From Octopus vulgaris (Eukaryota): DNA of 64,000 nucleotides. Positions 11,321 to 24,741 of the stretch are shown here, in pieces. Below the pieces are notes generated by a model. It searched no databases and was not told the origin of the DNA. It worked only from the letters and a program-made list of their open reading frames with translations. Made by a program: the position numbers and the translations under genes. Numbering within the stretch: the stretch's first letter is position 1; every line of letters starts with the position of its first letter. The DNA lies in NCBI GenBank assembly GCA_951406725.2, contig OX597823.1, forward strand, positions 51,770,001 through 51,834,000, in the 5' to 3' direction.

Positions 11321-11863
11321 AAATGAATATCATTAGGAAATATATATAAAAAAATTGTTTAAATATTTCATGCATTGTAGAAGTATAACTCATTTATTGC
11401 TGATAAATTTTAACAAAAAAATTTTATTTGGAACCCCAAGGGCCATATGAACCCCGCATGAGAACCACTAGTCTGACCCATACTAACCTGGATAAACAAG
11501 TGCAAAGACAAATGAAAAAAGGATGAAGTGTATGATTTTTCTCTTATCCCCTTAACAATGCAAGTAGAATTAAGCATTAGTCTAGAAGACCTGAGAGGAA
11601 TGTGTAAAGGTAAACTTTTGTAGGAAACATGTAACATCACATTGATGTGATTATTTCGAAAGTTGAAATGATATCTCTTCTAATGATTGTGGTAAGTATT
11701 GATAAAGTTTTTCATCAATTCCCTGAAGTTGAGTAGCATCATGCTTCGTTGATACTGTGATTGGTGATGCTTCAGAAAAATTACCTTAAGAAAGACAGGT
11801 TTTGCCAAGTTTTAGATCTAAAATCATCTCATGAAACATGCCACAGCAACAAAAGATATATAC

Positions 11864-11895
<32 letters not shown>

Positions 11896-12979
11896 ATACA
11901 TACATACACACATATATGTACACATACACACTGACATATACATGCACACACACAAATATACACACACACAGTGTGTAGTAAGAGAATGAGAGGGAGAGAA
12001 GAAAAAAAGAGGTTTTGGGGAAATATCAATCATTCTAGGCTGATTTTAAGTTTGCAGCTGAGCAATTTGAAGTTTCCTCAATAAATCAATCATTTCATAG
12101 AACATTAAACATCTTACATTGCCCCAGATGTAAAATACTCTTTGCCATATAGTTTATCTGCTTTGAAGTTTAGGAATTTTAACTTCAACATTTAACTGAA
12201 GGCTATAAAATGCTTTCAATATTTTCTGGCTAGAATTTTAGCAGAATTTTCAAGATTTAGGCAATAGTATTTAATAGTAGGAGAAGGATTAAAGACACTA
12301 TGATTAGGGGCAAAATATATATTTTGATTGAAGTTGAGGCCTGAAGATTATCAGCTAAACTTAAATTTCTAAATATTGTTTTACAGTTTTACATCTAACA
12401 TACATTCTTTCAAAACTTTTATTTCCTGCCTGACATCATTATAAATTATTAACAAAATAAATAAACATGATCAATCCAACAAAATATTCAGATTATCATA
12501 TGATATGTGTAAAGTTTTTGATGTGATAATGATGAGAACTGCTAATTCATAAAAGGCTCTTTTACCATTTAAATATTCTTGGATGTTTGCTTTTATCAAC
12601 AACATATAGTTTGGTTTTACTCAGAACTTTCAGGTTTTGCAATCCTGACTCTTTTAACACTTCTCTTTAAAAATCTCCGAGCATTGGTTCCCAAGGAGTA
12701 AAAATTATTTCTCTTGGGATATTCAGACAACTAATTTAAGCAAATGAGTATTATGCACATATTGTGCAATAAAATTTGCTTAAGTGGTGCCTCCACAACA
12801 TTATTATTGTGTTGAGTCAAAAGTTTTGCAATAGTTTGGTAACTTATTTGCATTATTCATCAAGTTACAACAAAAGTAGCCTGGCATTCAAAGAAGATGT
12901 CCTTCTGTTGCACTGTTTAAAGCCACCTTTCTGTCAGTTCTTTGATCCCATGCTGATACCAGTTTTTGTCCTCCAAGCA

Positions 12980-14110
12980 CCGTATTGGTGCTGGATTGCT
13001 TCGAAATCCAGTTTGTTTCACACTTTCTGGGGCCTATAGTTGGGAGCAGTAGTCCAAGTGGCTGAGAACGAAAGTCCTCCATAAGAGTAGCAGGGCCTCT
13101 CTTGTCCTGGTTCTAAATGTCCTCAGAATCCAGCCAGTCACTCGCCTGCACAGTGCTGTCATCTTGGTAATATGCACATGGAGTGTTGCATCATAGCTCA
13201 TGAGAACCCACTCTGAGATCGCATTACCTGACTCTGACTTTGGGATCGTATTACCTTCCGATCCAGTGTATTCCGATTTTAGCTATGGTGCTGGACCAAT
13301 AGTGAAGTACCTGAAATTTCATTGCATTGAACTGCATGTTATTTTTGTTAGCCCATTTGTTGATTTCGTTCAGGTCTTTCTGCAGTTTTAGGATGTCCTC
13401 TGGATTCCTAACTGCCTGTGATACTCTTGTGTCATCAGCATAACTGGTCAGATTGGTTGACTGTACCATGGAGAGCATGTCTGAGAGAGTCACCACAAAT
13501 AATTGTGGCCCCAGTACAGTTCTCTGTGGGATTCCACTGAGAATTGGTGTCTCTTTAGAGTGAGTACTATTGGCTACAACTGTCTGACTCCTGCCTTTCA
13601 GAAAGTCATGCAGCCACCCTCCCAGTTTCCCAGTAATACCAAGGGTTTGCATCTTGTGACATATCATGCCATGATCAACCTTGTTGAAGGCCTTTGCAAA
13701 GTCAAGGTATATCACATCTACAGCTGACTGGTTTAGCTGTTGTTTCAGTACCCAGTCAAAGTGCTGCAGCAGCTGTGTGAGGCAGCTCTTCCCTGGACGG
13801 AAGCCATGTTGTGTGTTTGTGAGAAGGTTGTTTTCTTCTAGGAACATGATCAGCCTTTTTCTAATAATGCATTCCATTGTCTTGCTAACATGTGAGGTCG
13901 GAGAGATGGGCCTGTTTTTAGCATCTGCTCTGCTCCTTCCTTTACGGTCAGGGCAAACTATAGCCTCTTTTGGCATGTTGGGAAGTTTACTACATGCAAG
14001 GAAAGTCTGAAAGAGTATCTGCTGTGGCTTTGCAAGAGCCTTTTTATATATCTTTGAGAGAACAGCTGGGAGTCCCTCTGGGCCCGTTGCTGAGTTTGAT
14101 CACATCTCAT
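12980..14110 (-). mobile_element. CR1-type LINE reverse transcriptase fragment
   Basis: ORF 13251..13976 contains RPISPTS, QHGFRPGKSCLTQLL, VIYLDFAKAFNKVDH, GIPQRTVLGP and YADDT. Confidence 0.93.
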
Positions 14111-14115
14111 CAATG

Positions 14116-14161
<46 letters not shown>

Positions 14162-14365
14162 TCTGTGTGTGTCTTTGTCTCTGTGTTTGTTTGTCCCCTC
14201 CACTACTTGACAACTAGTGCTGGTGTGTTTATGTCCCATAACTTAGTGGTTTGGCAAAAGACACTGATAGGGTAAGTGCCAGGCTTTAGGATCATAAGTA
14301 CTGGGGTCAATAAATTCAACTGAAATTTCGAGGTAGTGCCCCAGCACTTAAATGAGTAAAAGATA
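14110..14365 (+). mobile_element. SINE family A, 3' half
   Basis: Matches the post-microsatellite part of 6446-6868. Confidence 0.8.
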
Positions 14366-14416
14366 TACCTATACATACAAACATACATACATACATACAT
14401 ACATACATACATACAT

Positions 14417-14449
<33 letters not shown>

Positions 14450-14452
<3 letters not shown>

Positions 14453-14845
14453 GAGTAGTTGAATGAATTATCTTATTATGGATAATTCGGTTAACCGATA
14501 CCTGGGTAGCAAATTCACGTCAGAAAAACACGGTTGAAGCTACATGCCTAGAGCAGAGATCACGTGCTATCATGTGGAAATTTGTGTGTTTTTTTAAATA
14601 CAAATAAATGAAAGAATGGAGTTGAACGACGAATTAACAAAATTCCTTTTATTTTCGACATATGTTTCGAAGGCTGCATCTTCCTAATTTTGAAGGAATA
14701 AGGGGTGCATTATGCCGCCTTCTCATCAGGAAAAGCAAGGAACTTATGTCAGCATCAAGATGCACAAAAACTTTTAGATGACTGCCCACACGGAGCCCAT
14801 AGCGATTTTGTTAATTCGTCGTTCAACTCCATTCTTTCATTTATT

Positions 14846-14850
<5 letters not shown>
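14450..14850 (-). mobile_element. Penelope pLTR-like cassette with 46-bp inverted repeat, flanked by (TA)n
   Basis: Perfect inverted repeat 14598-14643 / 14805-14850 encloses a hammerhead; (TA)n on both sides; related to 59051-59840. Confidence 0.75.
14643..14742 (-). ncRNA. Type I hammerhead ribozyme, intact core
   Basis: The minus strand reads ttttc-CTGATGA-gaaggcggcat...atgcagccttc-GAAA-CATATG-TC-gaaaa: GUC triplet, palindromic ACATATGT. Confidence 0.9.
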
Positions 14851-14887
<37 letters not shown>

Positions 14888-16079
14888 GAGAGAGAGACAG
14901 AGAGAAGGAAGAGAGAGATTTTCTACATATCTGTGTGTATGCATCATCATCATCTGTGTATTAATAATATCATAATTGCATTAGTCATATATAATTATTT
15001 GGCAAGTGGTTTGCCAAGCAACTTTTGTTTTTCAAAGTTTTAATTCTTTTACTTTGTCTCCACACCAGGACCAATTTGATGAAGTAATTTATTACTTTGC
15101 CATTAAAATAAGTAAATTTAATGAATTAGGGAATTAAACTTTCTAATTGTCCTTTGATGGTGCAGAAGTAAATTGTCTAGGCATGTCTTTCGATACTGAG
15201 TAATGGATTGAAGTATTTCAACCAACAATTCTCAATGCCGGAAGACATAAATCAATGGCAAATTAAATTGACCAGTACAACAAATAATTAAGAAATGTAA
15301 TCTTGCTTTGACCATTTCTGTTAGATAACAAGATGCTCTAAATATATTTTAACATATTGGAAAACACAAACATCGCAAGGAGTGAAGGCTGGAATTATAA
15401 TTCCTTTGATTGACTACTCTGCTGTTTCAATCAATCTTAATTAGGTATAAGAGAAAATGTGTCGTAATTTGATTGTATTATACATCATTTAAATTCTAAT
15501 TGCTTTCTCCTGCTTAGATAACGCTATGGATGAGCTAAATAGTTAAGGTTTTGCTATTTTGGCTCCAAGATTCTGCCAATGACAGATGCTGCAACTGGAG
15601 TTGTTTAGGCCCTAGCCAATGAGGCAAACTCAGAGAATTGCTTATTATCTTTTCATTAGCTTTTAACCATGTTTCTGGCAATGATGTTCAACTTCCAATG
15701 TTCCACTGTTCCTGTACACCAAGTTGTAAAATAAGTACCATGGGTATGTACATTTCCCTGTTTTTTGGCAGGCAGCTGTTGGCATTGTTTTCCTAATGAA
15801 TGTTTCATTAGCTTTAGCAGTGCAGTGCTGTAATTGAATTCTTCATCAGAATTCATCAGTTTGTATTGCATTAAATTTCAGTGTAATGAGAATGATATTA
15901 AATTTTGCAAATAAGATATGTTATTATTTCACCTCACATATACTTACACCTGTTGTAAATAGATCTTCTAGAAGTTAACTGAACCACTACTTTGTTGTTA
16001 TGTCAAGTAAGCTCAACTGTAGGACTGAGGGTCATTTTAGCTTGGAAGATAACCCAGCTAGTATGATGCACACAAATAT

Positions 16080-17095
16080 AAATAATAATAATAATGAAAT
16101 TATTGTATACAGTGCCAGACGTCAAGAGTTTCAATGTATATATATTCGAAGATTTTATTTACCTAGTTATAGTGGAATACATCCACTTGTTTTCAATAAT
16201 AGAAATATTAAAATTACTAAGTCTCTCTAAAGGAGATTACGGCAGCGTTACTGGATATTAATAGTTATCGCCATACTAATATGGCAGTCTATAAATATAA
16301 GACTAAAGCTGTCACTGATTAGCTTCCAAGAGGCCATCGCCTCTAGCTAGCTATATGACACACGAAGGTTGTAATGGACGCAGGTTCGTGTGTCATATAG
16401 CTAGCTAGAGGCGATGGCCTCTTGGAGCTAAACGATGATGATGAATGCTCAGGTGCACCACAACTTGTCAAAAGTGCATATAAAGCATATGCAGTAATGT
16501 ACAAATGTCCGGGAAGTGAACGGTGTATGAGTCAGATACATGCTTCCGTGTGTATGGAGGGGAGAAAATCAGGTGTAGTGTTGGCAAATCCCAGGAAGCA
16601 TGGAAGTTTTGAAGGAAGCAGTACTCTGATAACTAACAACTGATGCCGGCAGTTTGTTCCATACTTCAGCAACTCTTAATGTGAAAAAATGTTTCCAAAA
16701 GTCATGGGAGCTGTGCTGTTTTCTGACTTTGTAAACATGTCCACAGGTATTAGACAGATGGAGTTTGAAAAGGTGCTCAGAGTTATTGTTAGTAAGATGG
16801 TTAATAATTTTATGGGTGTCTGCCAAGTCAGCTGCCAGATGTCAGAGTTTCAATGTATCTATGCCCAGGGAAATAAGGCATTCAGAATAAGGCAAATGCC
16901 TGATGGAGAGTATTCTCTTGGTTGCACGTCGCTGAACAGTTTTCAGACAATTAATATCCTGGGCAAGATAGGGGTTCCAGACCGGTGATGCAAATTCCAG
17001 GTGAGGCCGCACTATAGCTATATAAAGCCTCAGATAGATTGCCGGAGAGTGGCTCACAAAGGACTTGGTAAGTGATGCCAAGACATATCTGTTCA
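16080..17095 (-). mobile_element. CR1-type LINE 3' end, interrupted at about 16115-16445
   Basis: ORFs contain LYIAIVRPHLEFASPVWNP, VQRRATK and FFTLRVAEVWNKLP. The 3' tail matches 19410-19597 and ends in an (AAT)n tract. Confidence 0.92.
16319..16431. repeat. Near-perfect 47-48 bp inverted repeat with 18-nt loop
   Basis: 16319-16366 and 16385-16431 differ by a single indel. Confidence 0.95.
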
Positions 17096-17229
17096 TTCAG
17101 TTGGAAAGCCAGTAATTTAGCTATTTGTCTATATGTGGCAATATAAAATGGATATTTAATAAATAACACTAGTAAATTTGAACGGGAAGCAGAGCTACTA
17201 ACAGAGGTTTTGTTTTAATTTACCATACT

Positions 17230-17700
17230 GGCTGCAGGTGTGGCTGTGCAGTAAGAAGTTTTCTTCCCAGCATCATGGTTCTGAGTTCAGCCCTATTGTG
17301 TGACACCTCGGGTAAGGGTCTTATATTATAGCCTCAACTGACAAAAGGCTTGTGAGTAGATATGGTAGACAGAAACTGAAAGAAGCCCTTCGTATACATA
17401 TATGTATGTATGTATATATGTATGTATGCATGTATGTATGTATACATTCATGTATATATGTATGTGCATGTATGCACATGTGTGTGTCTTTGTGTTTGTT
17501 TGTCTCCCACCACTGCTTGACAACCGGTGTTGGAGTGTTTACATTCCAATAACTAAGCAGTTCAGCACAAGAGTCTGATAGAATAAGTACCAGGCTTAAA
17601 AAAATAAGTACTGGGGTCAATTCATTCATCTAAAATTTTTCAAAGCAGTGCCCCAGCATGGCCACAGTCTAATGACTAAAACAAGTAAAAGCTAAAAGAT
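17230..17700 (+). mobile_element. SINE family A
   Basis: Same head, core and tail as 6446-6868. Confidence 0.88.
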
Positions 17701-17865
17701 GTTCAGGACAAGTGAGATTGATGGAATCAGTCCATCTTCAAGCTTTTCCCTAGAGATGGAAATTACAAAAACCAAGAATACAATTTCGATCACAACCATG
17801 TCACAACTACAAATTACAGTGTATAATTCTGTTTCTGGCACCTATTGGAAAAAATCGGTTGCCAT

Positions 17866-18080
17866 TTAACCCTCTAACACTTAAACCACTCATATCTAGC
17901 CCAAATATTCTACCTGTTTTATGTTCAAATTGGCCCAGATCCTACCTCTCACAACTACCCCTACAACGCCATTCTAAAAATAAGCAATAAGCAATAACAG
18001 GAGATAATGCAGGATTAATTCAAAGCAATGTGAATAAATAGGCACTACATTTCACAATAACATGAATGCTAAGGAGTTAA
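17866..18080. mobile_element. piggyBac-type MITE
   Basis: TTAA-CCCTCTAACAC ... GAATGCTAAGGAG-TTAA; interior homologous to 35978-36174. Confidence 0.75.
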
Positions 18081-18710
18081 ACATGGTCCTGTATTTTATA
18101 GGAAAGTTGAACAGGTATTTTATAGAAAGGGTGAAATTCATGCCTTCCCCTAAGGGTTTTTTTACTAATCAATTAGTCAGAGGAGAAAATGCAGTATCCA
18201 AGACTCTTTTCAGGATTTCTATTATTGTTGAGGCAATGGGCTTTGTAACCCTCAGATTACAAACCTAATGCAAATGCTTTCAGTTGAATGGACTCCACTA
18301 AAGCCAACCAAAGACTACATCTATAAAGCAGCAATAACAGAATAAAATGGCTTCAGCCAAGGATTGAAATTATATTGTGATCTCAACTTGCAGGGAGTTT
18401 ACTTGTTCTTCTCCACATCTCTCTCTACATTCTTCTATTTAATATGAAATAGAGAGCTGCTGCTATTAGCACAAGCACTGGACTATCCAAAATAGCAGGA
18501 TCTTTCTAAACACACATTTCTTTGACTGTATTCCTTCTCAAGTTAGGCCTGGTCCTTTGTGCCTGAAATATAAAGGTTTTCATAAAGCTTCCTGCATTGT
18601 AAGAAACTTTCCTTATTTATCAGTTCATTCATTATTCTACTTTAATATATTTCATTTTGGTTAAGTACTTGAACCTGTAATTTAAGGAGTAATGTCTCAC
18701 AACATCCCTT

Positions 18711-19241
18711 TTAACCCTTTAGCATTTAAAACAGCCATATCTGGCCAAAATACTCTACCTGTTTTATGTAGAAATTTGGCCAGATATAGCCTCTCACACC
18801 AACTCTATAATGTCATTCTAAAAATTAACATCTACCTCATGAAAATCTCAATGTTACAAGATAATGCAAATGTTTGCAATGATTAATTAAAAATAATATG
18901 AATAGGAGTGGCTGTGTGGTAAGTAGCTTGCTTACGAACCACATGGTTCTGGGTTCAGTCCCACTGTGTGCCACTGTGAAGCCCGTCGTTTTTATGTATA
19001 TGTATATATATATATATATATATATGTTGAATTAAAAAATATGTATATGTATGTATGTGTGTGTGTATGTTTGTGTGTCTGTGTTTGTCCGCCAACATCG
19101 CTTGACAACCGAATAAGTCCTGGGGTCGATTCGCTCGACTAAAGGTGTTGCTCCAGCATGGCCACAGTCAAATGACTGACACAAGTAAAAAAGTAAACTA
19201 GCATTACCTTTGACAGAATAATCTGAATGCTAAAGGGTTAA
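18711..19241. mobile_element. piggyBac-type MITE with nested SINE A (18904-19197)
   Basis: TTAA-CCCTTTAGCATT ... AATGCTAAAGGG-TTAA termini, with an internally deleted SINE A inside. Confidence 0.88.
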
Positions 19242-19409
19242 TATTTCGTAAAATACCAAACCATACTTTCATTGGAAGTTTAACCTTTGAAAGACTATAT
19301 ACTCTATAAGTTCCTATTATTTTTTGAATTAATCAAGAATTTCGATGCATAAAATACTTCACTTCTCCATTCATTTCCTCATGCAGCTGATATTTTGAAC
19401 AGGATTTCA

Positions 19410-19597
19410 TAATAATAATAATAATAATAAACATTGTGTACAGTGCTCAGGTGCACTACAACTCATCTAAAGTGCATATATAATCAGGTGTAGTTTCGAC
19501 TGATTTCGGAAAGCATGAGGGCCTTAAAGGATGCAGTGTCATGGCAGTCAACAACTGACGCAGGCAGTTTATTTCATACTTCAGCAACTCTGAGGTT
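19410..19597 (-). mobile_element. Short CR1-type 3' end
   Basis: Homologous to 16080-16680. Confidence 0.8.
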
Positions 19598-19740
19598 CTG
19601 ACATAGAATTAAGATAAAAAGATTTATATCAAAGATTCATATGCAGTTATAGATGGATGGGTATCAAAAATGTTGATATGTAGGTGAGTGGGAAACACTG
19701 TAGAACATGAGGTAACTACACTGCCATGGATAGTCTAGTT

Positions 19741-20463
19741 CAGTTATACTTTCAACCATTTTTTATTTATTGACTTCTTTCATTACTTTTCTATTCAGGT
19801 GGACCCCCATAGCCATTCAATGTGTAAAAACCGGTTTTATAAATGCTCCTTCCAAAATTCCTATTTTGTTTTTCACATAGGAGTGGTTGTGTGGTATGTA
19901 GCTTGCTTACAAACTATATGGTTCTGGGTTCAGTCCCACTGTATGGCACCTTGGGCAAGTCTCTTCTACTATAGCCTCGGGCCGACCAAAGCTTTGTGAG
20001 TGGATTAGGTAGACGGAAACTGAAAGAAGCCTATCGTATATATGTATGTGCGTGTATATGCTTGTGTGTCTGTTTGTCCCCCCAACATCGATTGCCAACC
20101 GATGCTGGTGTGTTTACGTCCCCATAACTTTGCGGTTTGGCAAAAGACAACCAATAGAATAAGTTCTAGGCTTACAAAGAATAAGTCCTGGGATCGATTT
20201 GCTTGACTAAAGGCAGTGCTCCAGCATGGCCACAGTGAAATGACTGAAACAAGTAAAGAGTTTGATAACTTGTGTAAGTTGTACTATGCAAAACATTTGA
20301 GAAAGAAACCTGTTTCCTGTAATAAATGCATTTAAAGTAATATTTTTTCATGGACCATTATAATACTGCTGTAGATCCCTAATTTACTATTTCACTTGTG
20401 TGGAACCCACAAAATTTTACATGGATGTTCATGGGTCATATGGACTCCAGTTGAGAACCAGTG
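19741..20463. mobile_element. hAT-like MITE with nested SINE A (19878-20260)
   Basis: Right end gttgagaaccagtg is the complement of a cagtggttctcaac-like terminus; flanks are homologous to 34788-35520. Confidence 0.6.
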
Positions 20464-22084
20464 GTCTAGTTGAACACACAAGCAACTATAACTACCACTT
20501 ATGATATATAATTGTATTTTCTCCAAGATTTTTATTTTTTGAATTTTTTTTCCAATAATGCCATAGGAGAAGAACCTACTAAAATACCATGTTAGTTATT
20601 TTCTCTAATTAGTACTGAATAAAAGCTCTGAATCTGTTTTCTGAAAACATTTTGCAGACTTAGAAATTACTTTATTTATCCATTCATTGCTATGATTTAC
20701 TGTTTGGTAAAGCATCATCTGGTATAGAATAAAATAGTTGTTGTTTTCTCATAGTAAATAAATATTCAATGCTGATGGAAACGGGTTAGTATATTGGGTG
20801 TTGAAAAAGCAAAACAAAGCAAAAAAAAAAAAAAATTACGAGCAGCAAAAGAATACTAGCAAGATACCCTGAGGGAAGAGAGGAATTAGATTATACTTCC
20901 CTTGGCTGTATTTTTTCGAAATCCATCTTCATATTATTGCCATATTCTACAGGAATCAGTTTGTTTTATTGATAATTTCTAGATTAATTCTCTCTCTCTC
21001 TGCTATCTATCTCAACCTACTCATTGACTTTTACTGATGAATATCAGTTTTTATTCTCACTAGCAAAGCTCAGTCACATAAACTCCAACTCTATTATTAT
21101 TCCCTCTCTACTGATAGATTGATAACATTCATTATACACAGAGAAAGATTTCTTCCTATTTAAAAAAATAAAAACTAATAAAATAATGAATAATGCGAGT
21201 GCTGATTGCTGTATATCTTATTAAGATTTATGTTGAGTGCTGGAGCTGATATTAGCGTTGTTTTACTTGTTTTTATTTTTTATCAGTTTTTTTTTTTTTT
21301 TTTTTTTTTGCAGATGGTGGTGGCAGCATTTTTTGATATAGTGATGGTGGTATCAGTGATGGCATTGGTGTTGGTGGGAGGTGTGGTGTTAGTGATAGTG
21401 GCTACCATTAAAATCTGTATTCATCTTAGGACACAGAAGTTTCAACCTATTTAGCCTGTGGAAGATCAATGGTCCATAACATGAAGTCAGACTCCACAAA
21501 AACAGATCACAGTGATTAGAGGAATGGCCAAAACAGTAATGAATTCCACCAGTGAATCACAGTCTGGACTCAATGGAGATTAGGTTTCTGAAACACAGTG
21601 AATGATTACGGCCAGATGGACTAGGGTGAAGTGCCAGAATACTTTAAGAGAAATATGAAAGAAAAGACAGATGGATATGGAGATAGATACATAGCTAGAG
21701 TCAGTGAGAGAGAGAGAGGGGGGAGAGATGGAGGGAGAGAGGGAGAGAAGGAGAGAGAGGGAGGGAGAGAGGGAGAGAGTGAGAGGGAGAGAGATTCAGA
21801 ATGAGAAGATAAAGATCTATTCTCTTTTTACTAACTTCTACAGATATTCTTCTAATACTACCAGCATGATTAGTTGACAGGCAGGCTGATAAGTTGCCAC
21901 CAGAATTAGATAGCTACCATTGGATATTACTCATATTATAGTAAAAGCAAAGCAAAAAAAAAAAAAAGAAAAAGAAAAAGGAAAGAAAAGAAGACAGAGT
22001 CTAAAACGATAAATATATTTGCAACGTTGTTGTATATATCACAACTTGTATGACCTGATAAACATTCGAAAAAGAACTGTAGAA

Positions 22085-22142
22085 AAATATGCATAATATG
22101 CATACATGTGCATATGTGAGTGTATGCATCCATATATATACC

Positions 22143-22214
<72 letters not shown>

Positions 22215-22531
22215 TGCATATATATATGTATATATATATATACAGCCATGCATACATATATGTATTTATATATGCATGTATGTATCTATTTGTGTGTATA
22301 TGTATGTATCTATGTGTTAATAAATGCATATGCACCAATATGATACTAATATGCTAATATGTAAATATGTCTCTGCATGTATGCAAGTAACAGCTTAGCC
22401 AAACATAGCATGATAAATGTGCATATGTGCACACACACACACGTGCACATACATTTGTATGCAGATGTGTGTATGTGAATGTGTGCACGTATGTATATGT
22501 GTGTGTATGTGAATATATAAATATATTTTTT

Positions 22532-22571
<40 letters not shown>

Positions 22572-22640
22572 CATACACACACATACACACACTCACACAC
22601 TGATATTTATATACACATACTTATAATTATATATCCATAT
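22085..22640. repeat. Compound (TA)n/(TG)n/(CA)n low-complexity tract
   Basis: Seen directly. Confidence 0.95.
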
Positions 22641-23786
22641 GCATACATCATCAGCAATGGTATTTTAACATTCTATTTTCCATACTGGTATAGATGAGAT
22701 GGGACTTTTTGAAGCATTGTTTTATTGCCATATGTATTTCCTGATGCCCAACTTTTTACATGCTGCTTATAAATTGCTAGTTTACAGTGTACTGTAGTTA
22801 TTCTGAAAATTCAAGTCACATACATTTACATATATAGAGATATATTACTCAGAGAGAGAACTTTTAAAACAGTGGTTCCTAACCAATTCACTACCAAGGG
22901 CCCCTTTTATTTAAATGAGTTTTCACACAGACCCCAGGATATTCTTATCCTTATGTGTATGTGTATATGTAATTATATATCATCATCATCCTCATCATTT
23001 AAAGTCAGTTGTCCATGCTGGCATGGGTTGGACAGTTTGATTGGGTTGGCATGTTGGAAGGCTGTGGCTGGCTCCAGTCAGATTTGGCTTGGTTTTCTAC
23101 AGCTGGATGACCTTCCTAATGCCAACCACATCTGCTCTTTTTAACGTCCATGCAGGAAAAAAAAGATCGTCACGTGAGGAAAACAAAGATAGACAATGGT
23201 CACACGTGAGCAATGAGAGAAAGAGAGAAAACATGTCCCTCCTTCACTGTTTTCTATCTGTCTGTCTGTCTGTCTCTCTCTCTCTGCCACCCATCTCTCT
23301 CTCTCTCTCCTTGCTCACACATGACCATCGTCCATCTTTCCTTTCCTCACATGACCATCTTTCTTTTCCTGCACCAATATTTAAAAGAGCAGAAGTGCTT
23401 TTTTCTCTCTCTCTTCTATCATTTCTCTTTTCAAAAATAAATGTTTCTCCCAACATTCACTATTTTCCTCTCATTCTGGTCTAACAACCCTCTGTGTTTG
23501 TTTTCGTTTGGTTTCCTTGTATGTCTCAACTGCCATGTTTTTGTTCCCAACTTTGACCCTCCATAAATCCTAAATTTTATTTTAGAATTTATGGGAGCAA
23601 CTGTCTTTGAAAACTCATATTGTCATTGAATACTTCAAATGAGGAGTAGATAGACAGGTGACAACTGATGAAGGGTCATTTCTCTGTGTTTATTTGACCT
23701 GTTTTCCATTTTTTCTCGTTGTTTACGTATTTAACTCATTTGTTTACATAATTCATGTTATTTGCACCAATGGTGACGTCTTGCAT

Positions 23787-23843
<57 letters not shown>

Positions 23844-23990
23844 TATATATATATATATATATCTTTTAATCAACAGATTAATTGTCTTGAATTATTCTCT
23901 TATTGCCTGGAGGACTATGATGAACAAGTGGGAGTTGAGTACCGATCCTTGGTGTATATGTATATATATATATATAACTATATAATATAT

Positions 23991-24314
23991 ACAGGGGCAA
24001 AGGAAAAATTATTTTCATGCCGATATGCTGATAATAGACATTAAATCGTCAATTTCCACATTTCATTATACATTCAGTATAAATACTTATTTCTAATCGT
24101 ATTTTCTACTGAAGAGGGAAGAATTCATAAGATTAATCCCAAAATTGATTCAATATAGAAATAACGAACTTTTTTTTAAAATTCTGTTGGCTAGCTTTCC
24201 TTGATTTCAGCACGACGTGTATCTATAGTGAGTGTATAATGAAATGGGGAAATTGACGGTTTAAAGTCTGTTATCAGCATATTGGCATGGAAATAATTTT
24301 TCTTTTGCGCTTGT
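23991..24314 (+). mobile_element. pLTR-like cassette: ~97-bp inverted repeat around a hammerhead
   Basis: 23991-24088 and 24217-24314 form an imperfect inverted repeat; the loop holds the hammerhead motif. Confidence 0.75.
24100..24163 (+). ncRNA. Type I hammerhead ribozyme motif with G12->A change
   Basis: tttcta-CTGAAGA-ggga...tccc-AAAA-ttgattcaa-TA-tagaaa. Confidence 0.75.
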
Positions 24315-24445
24315 TTATAAGTAGTTTATAATTTTAACCTTTACAGGTATTTTTACATGTTGCCACTTTTGATGAAATATTTTTCGGAAAAAAATAAAAA
24401 TTTCATCCTATATTAGTAGTAGTAGTAGTAGTAGTAGTAGTAATA

Positions 24446-24480
<35 letters not shown>

Positions 24481-24567
24481 GTATTACGAGAATTTATAGA
24501 ACAAATATCCTATAGAAACTCAACAAACTGTTAAAGAATAGAAGAAAATATGTTAAAAATTTGAAAA

Positions 24568-24621
<54 letters not shown>

Positions 24622-24695
24622 TTTCCACATCAAAGTGATACATCTGCTTCATACAACTGTCTTCATCTTTTGTCTCTCTATAAATTTCAACTATG

Positions 24696-24729
<34 letters not shown>

Positions 24730-24741
24730 TTTACACATCTG

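Noticed and set aside
21025-21060. CTGATGA motif (also at 8601, 15844-15860 and 42228)
   Set aside because: No correctly placed GAAA..UH or flanking helices; expected by chance.
21450-21640. Unique, coding-looking stretch (also at 27040-27170 and 15500-15880)
   Set aside because: Only short open frames, no convincing splice-site pair and no recognisable domain.
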